From NCBI RefSeq assembly GCF_009914755.1, contig NC_060944.1: DNA of 64,000 nucleotides. The stretch is one strand, 5' to 3'. A program made the position numbers and the translations under genes. Positions 25,420-39,329 of this stretch are shown in pieces; position 1 is the stretch's first letter, and the number at the start of each line of letters is the position of its first letter. This stretch comes from the human T2T-CHM13v2.0 reference genome, Homo sapiens. The notes under the pieces are model-generated. The model was not told the DNA's origin and ran no database searches. It saw nothing but the letters and a program-made list of their open reading frames with translations.

Positions 25420-28180
25420 AAAGAAAGGTTCGACTCTGTTAGTAGAGGGCACACATCACAAACAAGTTGCCGAGAATGATTCTGTCTGGTTTTTATGGGA
25501 AGATATTTCCTTTTCCAACACAAGCCTGAATGCGCTCCAAATGGACACTTCCAGATACGACAAAAGGAGTGTTTCAAACCTGTTCTATGAAAGGGAACGT
25601 TCCATTCTGTGACTTGAATGCAAACATCACCAAGTAGTTTCTCAGAACGCTGCTGTCTGCTTTTTATATGTATTCCCGTTTCCAACGAAATCGTCAAAGC
25701 CAGCCAAATATCCACTTGCAGGTTCCACAAAATGAGTGTGTCAAAACTGCTCTCTCAAAAGACATGTTCAACTCCGTCAGTTGAGGACACACATCACAAA
25801 GAAGTTTCTGAGAATGCTTCTGTCTAGTTTTTATGGGAAGATATTTCCTTTTTCACCATAGGCCTCAAAGCTCTCCAAATGTCCACTTCCAGGGAATGGA
25901 AAAAGAGTGTTTCCAACCTGCTCTATGAAAGCGAATGTTTAACTCGGTGACTTGAATGCAACCATCACAAGGAAGTTTCTGAGAATGCTTCTGTCTAGAT
26001 TTTATATGAAGATATTCCCGTTTCCAACGAAATCCTCAAAACTATCCAAATATCCACTTGGAGATTCTACAAAAAGAGTGTTTCAAAACTGCTCTATCAA
26101 AAGAAAGTTGTACTCCGTCAGTTGAGGACACACATCACGAGTAAGTTTCTGACAATGCTTCTGTCTAGTTTTTATGGGAAGATATGTCCTTTTTCACCTT
26201 AGGCCGGAAAGCGCTCCAAAAGTCCAGTTACAGACACTACAAAAAGAGTGTTTCAAACCTGCTCTGTGAAAGGGAATGTTCCATTCTGTGACTTGAATGC
26301 AAACATCACAAAGAAGTTGCTGAGAATGCTGCTGTCTGCTTTTTATACCTTATCGCGTTTCCAACGAAATCCTCAAATCCAGCCAAATATCCACTTGCAG
26401 ACTCCACAAAAACAGTGTTTCAAAACTGTACTGTCAAAAGAAATGTTCAACTCTGTTAGTTGAGGACACACATCAGAGACTAGCTTCTGAGAATGCTTCT
26501 GTCCAGTTGTTACGGGAAGATATTTCCTTTTTCAACATAGGCCTGAAACCGCTTCAAATGTCCACTTCCAGATACTGCAAAGAGAGTGTTTCAAACCTTC
26601 TCTATGAAAGGGCATGTTCTCCTCTGTGACGTCAATGCAAACATCCCAAAGAAGTTTCTGAGAATGCTTCTGTCTGGATTTTATCTGAAGACAATCCCGT
26701 TTCCAACGAAATCCTCAAAGCTATGCAAATATGCTCCTGCAGATTCTACAAAAAGAGTGTTTCAAAACTGCTCTAGGAAAAGAAAGGTTCGACTCTGTTA
26801 GTAGAGGGCAGACATCACAAACAAGTTGCCGAGAATGATTCTGTCTGGTTTTTATGGGAAGATATTTCCTTTTCCAACACAAGCCTGAATGCGCTCCAAA
26901 TGGACACTTCCAGATACGACAAAAGGAGTGTTTCAAACCTGTTCTATGAAAGGGAACGTTCCATTCTGTGACTTGAATGCAAACATCACCAAGTAGTTTC
27001 TCAGAACGCTGCTGTCTGCTTTTTATATGTATTCCCGTTTCCAACGAAATCGTCAAAGCCAGCCAAATATCCACTTGCAGGTTCCACAAAATGAGTGTGT
27101 CAAAACTGCTCTCTCAAAAGACATGTTCAACTCCGTCAGTTGAGGACACACATCACAAAGAAGTTTCTGAGAATGCTTCTGTCTAGTTTTTATGGGAAGA
27201 TATTTCCTTTTTCACCATAGGCCTCAAAGCTCTCCAAATGTCCACTTCCAGGGAATGGAAAAAGAGTGTTTCCAACCTGCTCTATGAAAGCGAATGTTTA
27301 ACTCGGTGACTTGAATGCAACCATCACAAGGAAGTTTCTGAGAATGCTTCTGTCTAGATTTTATATGAAGATATTCCCGTTTCCAACGAAATCCTCAAAA
27401 CTATCCAAATATCCACTTGGAGATTCTACAAAAAGAGTGTTTCAAAACTGCTCTATCAAAAGAAAGTTGTACTCCGTCAGTTGAGGACACACATCACGAG
27501 TAAGTTTCTGACAATGCTTCTGTCTAGTTTTTATGGGAAGATATGTCCTTTTTCACCTTAGGCCGGAAAGCGCTCCAAAAGTCCAGTTACAGACACTACA
27601 AAAAGAGTGTTTCAAACCTGCTCTGTGAAAGGGAATGTTCCATTCTGTGACTTGAATGCAAACATCACAAAGAAGTTGCTGAGAATGCTGCTGTCTGCTT
27701 TTTATACCTTATCGCGTTTCCAACGAAATCCTCAAATCCAGCCAAATATCCACTTGCAGACTCCACAAAAACAGTGTTTCAAAACTGTACTGTCAAAAGA
27801 AATGTTCAACTCTGTTAGTTGAGGACACACATCAGAGACTAGCTTCTGAGAATGCTTCTGTCCAGTTGTTACGGGAAGATATTTCCTTTTTCAACATAGG
27901 CCTGAAACCGCTTCAAATGTCCACTTCCAGATACTGCAAAGAGAGTGTTTCAAACCTTCTCTATGAAAGGGCATGTTCTCCTCTGTGACGTCAATGCAAA
28001 CATCCCAAAGAAGTTTCTGAGAATGCTTCTGTCTGGATTTTATCTGAAGACAATCCCGTTTCCAACGAAATCCTCAAAGCTATGCAAATATGCTCCTGCA
28101 GATTCTACAAAAAGAGTGTTTCAAAACTGCTCTAGGAAAAGAAAGGTTCGACTCTGTTAGTAGAGGGCACACATCACAAA
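25420..28180. repeat. Recent single-HOR tandem duplication (1359 bp period)
   Basis: The two adjacent units share rare variants: aatgagtgtg (25731/27090), aagctctcc (about 25868/27227), aaaactatcc (about 26038/27397), a 1-bp deletion aaagttgtactcc, tatcgcg (about 26351/27710) and ctctaggaa (26771/28130). Confidence 0.88.
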
Positions 28181-31100
28181 CAAGTTGCCGACAATGCTTC
28201 TGTCTGGTTTTTATGGGAAGATATTTCCTTTGGCAACACAAGCCTGAATGCGCTCCAAATGGACACTTCCAGATACGACAAAAGGAGTATTTCAAACCTG
28301 TTCTATGAAAGGGAACGTTCCATTATGTGACTTGAATGCAAACATCACCAAGTAATTTCTCAGAACGCTGCTGTCTGCTTTTTATATGTATTCCCGTGTC
28401 CAAGGAAATCGTCAAAGCCAGCCAAATATCCACTTGCAGGTTCCACAAAAAGAGTGTGTCAAAACTGCTCTCTCAAAAGACATGTTCAACTCTGTCAGTT
28501 GAGGACACACATCACAAAGAAGTTTCTGAGAATGCTTCTGTCTAGTTTTTATGGGATGATATTTCCTTTTTCACCATAAGCCTCAAAGCGTTCCAAATGT
28601 CCACTTCCAGGGAATGGAAAAAGAGTGTTTCCAACCTGCTCTATGAAAGCGAATGTTCAACTCCGTGACTTGAATGCAACCATCACAAGGAAGTTTCTGA
28701 GAATGCTTCTGTCTAGATTTTATATGAAGATATTCCCGTTTCCAACGAAATCCTCAAAGCTATCCAAATATCCACTTGGAGATTCTACAAAACGAGTGTT
28801 TCATAACTGCTCTATCAAAAGAAAGGTTCTACTCCGTCAGTTGAGGACACACATCACGACTAAGTTTCTGAGAATGCTTCTGTCTAGTTTTTATGGGAAG
28901 ATATGTCCTTTTTCACGTTAGACAGGAAAGCGCTCCAAAAGGCCAGTTACAGACACTACAAAAAGATTGTTTCAAACCTGCCCTGTGAACGGGAATGTTC
29001 AATACTGTGACTTGAATGCAAACATCACGAAGAAGTTGCTGAGAATGCTGCTGTCTGCTTTTTATACCTTATCCCGTTTCCAACGAAATCCTCAAATCTA
29101 GCCAAATATCCACTTGCAGACTCCACAAAAAGAGTGTTTCAAAACTGTACTGTCAAAAGAAATGTTCAACTCTGTTAGTTGAGGACACACATTAGAGACT
29201 AGCTTCTGAGAATGCTTCTGTCCAGTTGTTACGGGAATATATTTCCTTTTTCAACATAGGCGTGAAACCGCTTCAAATGTCCACTTCCAGATACTGCAAA
29301 GAGAGTGTTTCAAACCTTCTCTATGAAAGGGCATGTTCTCCTCTGTAACGTCAATGCAAACATCCCAAAGAAGTTTCTGAGAATGCTTCTGTCTGGATTT
29401 TATCTGAAGACAATCCCGTTTCCAACGAAATCCTCAAAGCTATGGAAATATGCTCCTGCAGATTCTACAAAAAGAGTGTTTCAAAACTGCTCTATGAAAA
29501 GAAAGGTTCGACTCTGTTAGTAGAGGGCACACATCACAAACAAGTTGCCGAGAATGCTTCTGTCTGGTTTTTATAGGGAAGATATTTCCTTTTGCAACAC
29601 AAGCCTGAATGCGCTCCAAATGGACACTTCCAGATACGACAAAAGGAGTGTTTCAAACCTGTTCTATGAAAGGGAACGTTCCATTCTCTGACTTGAATGC
29701 AAACATCACCAAGTAATTTCTCAGAACGCTGCTGTCTGCTTTTTATATGTATTCCCGTGTCCAAGGAAATCGTCAAAGCCAGCCAAATATCCACTTGCAG
29801 GTTCCACAAAAAGAGTGTTTCAAAACTGCTCTCTCAAAAGACATGTTCAACTCTGTCAGTTGAGGACACACATCACAAAGAAGTTTGTGAGAATGGTTCT
29901 GCCTAGTTTTTATGGGAAGATATTTCCTTTTTCACCATAGGCCTCAAAGCGCTCCAAATGTCCACTTCCAGGGAATGGAAAAAGAGTGTTTCCAACCTGC
30001 TCTATGAAAGCGAATGTTCAACTCCGTGACTTGAATGCAACCATCACAAGGAAGTTTCTGAGAATGCTTCTGTCTAGATTTTATATGAAGATATTCCCGT
30101 TTCCAACGAAATCCTCAAAGCTATCCAAATATCCACTTGGAGATTCTACAAAAAGAGTGTTTCAAAACTGCTCTATCAAAAGAAAGGTTCTACTCCGTCA
30201 GTTGAGGACACACATCACGACTAAGTTTCTGACAATGCTTCTGTCTAGTTTTTATGGGAAGATATGTCCTTTTTCACCTTAGACCGGAAAGCGCTCCAAA
30301 AGTCCAGTTACAGACACTACAAAAAGAGTGTTTCAAACCTGCTCTGTGAAAGGGAATGTTCAATTCTGTGACTTGAATGCAAACATCACAAAGAAGTTGC
30401 TGAGAATGCTGGTGTCTGCTTTTTATACCTTATCACGTTTCCAACGAAATCCTCAAATCTAGCCAAATATCCAGTTACAGACTCCACAAAAAGAGTGTTT
30501 CAAAACTGTACTGTCAAAAGAAATGTTCAACTGTGTTAGTTGAGGACACACATCAGAGACTAGCTTCTGAGAATGCTTCTGTCCAGTTGTTACGGGAAGA
30601 TATTTCCTTTTTCAACATAGGCGTGAAACCGCTTCAAATGTCCACTTCCAGATACTGCAAAGAGAGTATTTCAAACCTTCTCTACGAAAGGGCATGTTCT
30701 CCTCTGTGACGTCAATGCAAACATCCCAAAGAAGTTTCTGAGAATGCTTCTGTCTGGATTTTATCTGAAGACAATCCCGTTTCCAACGAAATCCTCAAAG
30801 CTATGCAAATATGCTCCTGCAGATTCTACAAAAAGAGTGTTTCAAAACTGCTCTATGAAAAGAAAGGTTCGACTCTGTTAGTAGAGGGCACAAATCACAA
30901 ACAAGTTGCCGAGAATGCTTATGTCTGGTTTTTATGGGAAGATATTTCCTTTTCCAACACAAGCCTGAATGCGCTCCAAATGGACACTTACAGATACGAC
31001 AAAAGGAGTGTTTCAAAGCTGTTCTATGAAAGGGAACGTTCCATTCTGTGACTTGAATGCAAACATCTCCAAGTAGTTTCTCAGAACGCTGCTGTCTGCT

Positions 31101-34100
31101 TCTTATATGTATTCCCGTTTCCAACGAAATCGTCAAACCCAGCCAAATATCCACTTGCAGGTTCCACAAAAAGAGTGTGTCAAAACTGCTCTCTCAAAAG
31201 ACATGTTCAACTCTGTCAGTTGAGGACACACATCACAAAGAAGTTTCTGACAATGCTTCTGTCTAGTTTTTATGGGAAGATATTTCCTTTTTCACCATAG
31301 GCCTCAAAGCGCTCCAAATGTCCACTTCCAGGGAATGGAAAAAGAGTGTTTCCAACCTGCTCTATGAAAGCGAATGTTCAACTCCGTGACTTGAATGCAA
31401 CCATCACAAGGAAGTTTCTGAGAATGCTTCTGTCTAGATTTTATATGAAGATATTCCCGTTTCCAACGAAATCCTCAAAGCTATCCAAATATCCACTTGG
31501 AGATTCTACAAAAAGAGTGTTTCAAAACTGCTCTATCAAAAGAAAGGTTCTACTCCGTCAGTTGAGGACACACATCACGAGTAAGTTTCTGACAATGCTT
31601 CTGTCTAGTTTTTATGGGAAGATATGTCCTTTTTCACCTTTGGCCGGAAAGCGCTCCAAAAGTCCAGTTACAGACACTACAAAGAGAGTGTTTCAAACCT
31701 GCTCTGTGAAAGGGAATGTTCAATACTGTGACTTGAATGCAAACCTCACAAAGAAGTTGCAGAGAATGCTGGTGTCTGCTTTTTATACCTTATCCCGTTT
31801 CCAACGAAATCCTCAAATCTAGCCAAATATCCGCTTGCAGACTCCACAAAAAGAGTGTTTCAAAACTGTACTGTCAAAAGAAATGTTCAACTCTGTTAGT
31901 TGAGGACACACATCAGAGACTAGCTTCTGAGAATGCTTCTGTCCAGTTGTTACGGGAAGATATTTCCTTTTTCAACATAGGCCTGAAACCGCTTCAAATG
32001 TCCGCTTCCAGATACTGCAAAGAGAGTGTTTCAAACCTTCTCTACGAAAGGGCATGTTCTCCTCTGTGACGTCAATGCAAACATCCCAAAGAAGTTTCTG
32101 AGAATGCTTCTGTCTGGATTTTATCTGAAGGCAATCCCGCTTCCAACGAAATCCTCAAAGATATGCAAAAATGCTCCTGCAGATTCTACAAAAAGAGTGT
32201 TTCAAAACTGCTCTATGAAAAGAAAGGTTCGACTCTGTTAGTAGAGGGCACACATCACAAACAAGTTGCCGAGAATGCTTCTGTCTGGTTTTTATGGGAA
32301 GATATTTCCTTTTTCAACGCAAGCCTGAATGCACTCCAAATGGACACTTCCAGATACGACAAAAGGAGTGTTTCAAAGCTGTTCTATGAAAGGGAACGTT
32401 CCATTCTGTGACTTGAATGCAAACATCACCAAGTAGATTCTCAGAACGCTGCTGTCTGCTTTTTATATGTATTCCCGTTTCCAAGGAAATCGTCAAAGCC
32501 AGCCAAATATCCACTTGCAGGTTCCACAAAAAGAGTGTTTCAAAACTGCTCTCTCAAAAGACATGTTCAACTCTGTCAGTTGAGGACACACATCACAAAG
32601 AAGTTTCTGACAATGCTTCTGTCTAGTTTTTATGGGAAGATATTTCCTTTTTCACCATAGGCCTGAAAGCGCTCCAAATGTACACTTCCAGGGAATGGAA
32701 AAAGAGTGTTTCCAACCTGCTCTATGAAAGCGAATGTTCAACTCCGTGACTTGAATGCAACCATCACAAGGAAGTTTCTGAGAATGCTTCTGTCTAGATT
32801 TTATATGAAGATATTCCCGTTTCCAACGAAATCCTCATAGCTATGCAAATATCCACTTGGAGATTCTACAAAAAGAGTGTTTCAAAAGTGCTCTATCAAA
32901 AGAAATGTTCTACTCCGTCAGGTGAGGACACAAATCACGAGTAAGTTTCTGACAATGCTTCTGTCTAGTTTTTATGGGAAGATATGTCCTTTTTCACCTT
33001 AGGCCGGAAAGCGCTCCAAAAGTCCAGTTACAGACACTACAAAAAGAGTGTTTCAAACCTGCCCTGTGAAAGGGAATGTTCAATACTGTGACTTGAATGC
33101 AAACATCACAAAGAAGTTGCTGAGAATGCTGCTGTCTGCTTTTTATACCTTATCCCGTTTCCAACGAAATCGTCAAATCTAGCCAAATATCCACTTGCAG
33201 ACTCCACAAAAACAGTGTTTCAAAACTGTACTGTCAAAAGAAATGTTCAACTCTGTTTGTTGAGGACACACATCAGAGACTAGCTTCTGAGAATGCTTCT
33301 GTCCAGTTGTTACGGGAAGATATTTCCTTTTTCAGAATAGGCCTGAAACCGCTTCAAATGTCCACTTCCAGATACTGCAAAGAGAGTGTTTCAAACCTTC
33401 TCTACGAAAGGGCATGTTCTCCTCTGTGACGTCAATGCAAACATCCCAAAGAAGTTTCTGAGAATGCTTCTGTCTGGATTATATCTGAAGACAATCCCGT
33501 TTCCAACGAAATCCTCAAAGATATGCAAATATGCTCCTGCAGATTCTAAAAAAGAGTGTTTCAAAACTGCTCTATGAAAAGAAAGGTTCGACTCTGTTAG
33601 TAGAGGGCACACATCACAAACAAGTTGCCGAGAATGCTTCTGTCTGGTTTTTATGGGAAGATATTTCCTTTTTCAACGCAAGCCTGAATGCGCTCCAAAT
33701 GGACACTTCCAGATACGACAAAAGGAGTGATTCAAAGCTGTTCTATGAAAGGGAACGTTCCATTCTGTGACTTGAATGCAAACATCACCAAGTAGTTTCT
33801 CAGAACGCTGCTGTCTGCTTTTTATATGTATTCCCGTGTCCAACGAAATCGTCAAAGCCAGCCAAATATCCACTTGCAGGTTCCACAAAAAGAGTGTTTC
33901 AAAACTGCTCTCTCAAAAGACATGTTCAACTCTGTCAGTTGAGGACACACATCACAAAGAAGTTTCTGAGAATGCTTCTGTCTAGTTTTTATGGGAAGAT
34001 ATTTCCTTTTTCACCATAGGCCTCAAAGCGCTCCAAATGTCCACTTCCAGGGAATGGAAAAAGAGTGTTTCCAACCTGCTCTATGAAAGCGAATGTTCAA

Positions 34101-37100
34101 CTCCGTGACTTGAATGCAACCATCACAAGGAAGTTTCTGAGAATGCTTCTGTCTAGATTTTATATGAAGATATTCCCGTTTCCAACGAAATCCTCAAAGC
34201 TATCCAAATATCCACTTGGAGATTCTACAAAAAGAGTGTTTCAAAACTGCTCTATCAAAATAAAGGTTCTACTCCGTCAGTTGAGGACACACATCACGAG
34301 TAAGTTTCTGACAATGCTTCTGTCTAGTTTTTATGGGAAGATATGTCCTTTTTCACCTTTGGCCGGAAAGCGCTCCAAAAGTCCAGTTACAGACACTACA
34401 AAGAGAGTGTTTCAAACCTGCTCTGTGAAAGGGAATGTTCAATACTGTGATTTGAATGCAAACATCACAAAGAAGTTGCAGAGAATGCTGGTGTCTGCTT
34501 TTTATACCTTATCCCGTTTCCAACGAAATCCTCCAATCTATCCGAATATCCGCTTGCAGACTCCACAAAAAGAGTGTTTCAAAACTGTACTGTCAAAAGA
34601 AATGTTCAACTCTGTTAGTTGAGGACACACATCAGAGACTAGCTTCTGAGAATGCTTCTGTCCAGTTGTTACGTGAAGATATTTCCTTTTTCAACATAGG
34701 CCTGAAACCGCTTCAAATGTCCACTTCCAGATACTGCAAAGAGAGTGTTTCAAACCGTCTCTACGAAAGGGCATGTTCTCCTCTGTGACGTCAATGCAAA
34801 CATCCCAAAGAAGTTTCTGAGAATGCTTCTGTCTGGATTTTATCTGAAGACAATCCCGTTTCCAACGAAATCCTCAAAGATATGCAAAAATGCTCCTGCA
34901 GATTCTACAAAAAGAGTGTTTCAAAACTGCTCTATGAAAAGAAAGGTTCGACTCTGTTAGTAGAGGGCACACATCACAAACAAGTTGCCGAGAATGCTTC
35001 TGTCTGGTTTTTATGGGAAGATATTTCCTTTTTCAACGCAAGCCTGAATGCGCTCCAAATGGACACTTCCAGATACGACAAAAGGAGTGATTCAAAGCTG
35101 TTCTATAAAGGGGAACGTTCCATTCTGTGACTTGAATGCAAACATCACCAAGTAGTTTCTCAGAACGTTGCTGTCTGCTTTTTATATGTATTCCCGTGTC
35201 CAAGGAAATCGTCAAAGCCAGCCAAATATCCACTTGCAGGTTCCACAAAAAGAGTGTTTCAAAACTGCTCTCTCAAAAGACATGTTCAACTCTGTCAGTT
35301 GAGGACACACATCACAAAGAAGTTTCTGAGAATGCTTCTGTCTAGTTTTTATGGGAAGATATTTCCTTTTTCACCATAGGCTTCAAAGCGCTCCAAATGT
35401 CCACTTCCAGGGAATGGAAAAAGAGTGTTTCCAACCTGCTCTATGAAAGCAAATGTTCAACTCCGTGACTTGAATGCAACCATCACAAGGAAGTTTCTGA
35501 GAATGCTTCTGTCTAGATTTTATATGAAGATATTCCCGTTTCCAACGAAATCCTCAAAGCTATCCAAATATCCACTTGGAGATTCTACAAAAAGAGTGTT
35601 TCAAAAGTGCTCTATCAAAAGAAATGTTCTACTCCGTCAGGTGAGGACACAAATCACGAGTAAGTTTCTGACAATGCTTCTGTCTAGTTTTTATGGGAAG
35701 ATATGTCCTTTTTCACCTTAGACCGGAAAGCGCTCCAAAAGTCCAGTTACAGACACTACAAAAAGAGTGTTTCAAACCTGCCCTGTGAAAGGGAATGTTC
35801 AATACTGTGACTTGAATGCAAACATCACAAAGAAGTTGCTGAGAATGCTGCTGTCTGCTTTTTATACCTTATCCCGTTTCCAACGAAATCCTCAAATCTA
35901 GCCAAATATCCACTTGCGGACTCCACAAAAACAGTGTTTCAAAACTGTACTGTCCAAAGATATGTTCAACTCTGTTAGTTGAGGACACACATCAGAGACT
36001 AGCTTCCGAGAATGCTTCTGTCCAGTTGTTACGGGAAGATATTTCCTTTTTCAGAATAGGCCTGAAACCGCTTCAAATGTACACTTCCAGATACTGCAAA
36101 GAGAGTGTTTCAAACCTTCTCTACGAAAGGGCATGTTCTCCTCTGTGACGTCAATGCAAACATCCCAAAGAAGTTTCTGAGAATGCTTCTGTCTGGATTT
36201 TATCTGAAGACAATCCCGTTTCCAACGAAATCCTCAAAGCTATGCAAATATGCTCCTGCAGATTCTAAAAAAGAGTGTTTCAAAACTGCTCTATGAAAAG
36301 AAAGGTTCGACTCTGTTAGTAGAGGGCACACATCACAAACAAGTTGCCGAGAATGCTTCTGTCTGATTTTTATGGGAAGATATTTCCTTTTGCAACACAA
36401 GCCTGAATGCGCTCCAAATGGACACTTCCACATACGACAAAAGGAGTGTTTCAAAGCTGTTCTGTGAAAGGGAACGTTCAATTCTGTGACTTGAATGCAA
36501 ACATCACCAAGTAGTTTCTCAGAACGCTGCTGTCTGCTTTTTATATGTATTCCCGTGTCCAACGAAATCGTCAAAGCCAGCCAAATATCCACTTGCAGGT
36601 TCCACAAAAAGAGTGTTTCAAAACTGCTCTCTCAAAAGACATGTTCAACTCTGTCAGTTGAGGACACACATCACAAAGAAGTTTGTGAGAATGCTTCCGC
36701 CTAGTTTTTATGGGAAGATATTTCCTTTTTCACCATAGGCCTCAAAGCGCTCCAAATGTCCACTTCCAGGGAATGGAAAAAGAGTGTTTCCAACCTGCTC
36801 TATGAAAGAGAATGTTCAACTCCGTGACTTGAATGCAACCATCACAAGGAGGTTTCTGAGAATGCTTCTGTCTAGATTTTATATGAAGATATTCCCGTTT
36901 CCAATGAAATCCTCAAAGCTATCCAAATATCCACTTGGAGATTCTACAAAAAGAGTGTTTCAAAAGTGCTCTATCAAAAGAAAGGTTCTACTCCGTCGGT
37001 TGAGGACACACATCACGAGGAAGTTTCTGACAATGCTTCTGTCTAGTTTTTATGGGAAGATATGTCCTTTTTCACCTTTGGCCGGAAAGCGCTCCAAAAG

Positions 37101-39329
37101 TCCAGTTACAGACACTACAAAGAGAGTGTATCAAACCTGCTCTGTGAAAGGGAATGTTCAATACTGTGACTTGAATGCAAACATCACAAAGAAGTTGCAG
37201 AGAATGCTGGTGTCTGCTTTTTATACCTTATCCCGTTTCCAACGAAATCCTCAAATCTAGCCAAATATCCACTTGCAGACTCCACAAAAACAGTGTTTCA
37301 AAACTGTACTGTCAAAAGAAATGTTCAACTCTGTTAGTTGAGGACACACATCAGAGACTAGCTTCTGAGAATGCTTCTGTCCAGTTGTTACGGGACGGTA
37401 TTTCCTTTTTCAACATAGGCCTGAAACCGCTTCAAATGTCCACTTCCTGATACTGCAAAGAGAGTGTTTCAAACCTTCTCTACGAAAGGGCATGTTCTCC
37501 TCTGTGACGTCAATGCAAACATCCCAAAGAAGTTTCTGAGAATGCTTCTGTCTGGATTTTATCTGAAGACAATCCCGTTTCCAACAAAATCCTCAAAGAT
37601 ATGCAAAAATGCTCCTGCAGATTCTACAAAAAGAGTGTTTCAAAACTGCTCTATGAAAAGAAAGGTTCGACTCTGTTAGTAGAGGGCACACATCACAAAC
37701 AAGTTGCCGAGAATGCTTCTGTCTGGTTTTTATGGGAAGATATTTCCTTTTTCAACGCAAGCCTGAATGCGCTCCAATTGGACACTTCCAGATACGACAA
37801 AAGGAGTGTTTCAAAGCTGTTCTATGAAAGGGAACGTTCCATTCTGTGACTTGAATGCAAACATCACCAAGTAGTTTCTCAGAACGCTGCTGTCTGCTTT
37901 TTATATGTATTCCCGTGGCCAAGGAAATCGTCAAAGCCAGCCAAATATCCACTTGCAGGTTCCACAAAAAGAGTGTTTCAAAACTGCTCTCTCAAAAGAC
38001 ATGTTCAACTCTGTCAGTTGAGGACACACATCACAAAGAAGTTTCTGAGAATGCTTCCGTCTAGTTTTTATGGGAAGATATTTCCTTTTTCACCATAGGC
38101 CTCAAAGCGCTCCAAATGTCCACTTCCAGGGAATGGAAAAAGAGTGTTTCCAACCTGCTCTATGAAAGCGAATGTTCAACTCCGTGACTTGAATGCAACC
38201 ATCACAAGGAAGTTTCTGAGAATGCTTCTGTCTAGATTTTATATGAAGATATTCCCGTTTCCAACGAAATCCTCAAAGCTATCCAAATATCCACTTGGAG
38301 ATTCTACAAAAAGAGTGTTTCAAAAGTGCTGTATCAAAAGAAAGGTTCTACTCCGTCAGTTGAGGACACACATCACGAGGAAGTTTCTGACAATGCTTCT
38401 GTCTAGTTTTTATGGGAAGATATGTCCTTTTTCACCTTAGGCCGGAAAGCGCTCCAAAAGTCCAGTTACAGACACTACAAAAAGAGTGTTTCAAACCTGC
38501 CCTGTGAAAGGGAATATTCAATACTGTGACTTGAATGCAAACATCACAAAGAAGTTGCTGAGAATGCTGCTGTCTGCTTTTTATACCTTATCCCGTTTCC
38601 AACGAAATCCTCAAATCTAGCCAAATATCCACTTGCAGACTCCACAAAGCAGTTTTTCAAAACTGTACTGTCCAAAGAAATGTTCAACTCTGTTAGTTGA
38701 GGACACACATCAGAGACTAGCTTCTGAGAATGCTTCTGTCCAGTTGTTACGGGAAGATATTTCCTTTTTCAGAATAGGCCTGAAACCGCTTCAAATGTAC
38801 ACTTCCAGATACTGCAAAGAGAGTGTTTCAAACCTTCTCTACGAAAGGGCATGTTCTCCTCTGTGACGTCAATGCAAACATCCCAAAGAAGTTTCTGAGA
38901 ATGCTTCTGTCTGGATTTTATCTGAAGACAATCCCGTTTCCAACGAAATCCTCAAAGATATGCAAAAATGCTCCTGCAGATTCTACAAAAAGAGTGTTTC
39001 AAAACTGCTCTATGAAAAGAAAGGTTCGACTCTGTTAGTAGAGTGCACACATCACAAACAAGTTGCCGAGAATGTTTCTGTCTGGTTTTTATGGGAAGAT
39101 ATTTCCTTTTCCAACACAAGCCAGAATGCGCTCCAAATGGACACTTCCAGATACGACAAAAGGAGTGTTTCAAAGCTGTTCTGTGAAAGGGAACGTTCCA
39201 TTCTGTGACTTGAATGCAAACATCACCAAGTAGTTTCTCAGAACGCTGCTGTCTGCTTTTTATATGTATTCCCGTGGCCAAGGAAATCGTCAAAGCCAGC
39301 CAAATATCCACTTGCAGGTTCCACAAAAA

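Noticed and set aside
32305-32322. A-monomer variant ttcctttttcaacgcaag resembling a gained CENP-B box
   Set aside because: It gains a CG but lacks the essential CCCG and CGAA, so it would not be a functional box.
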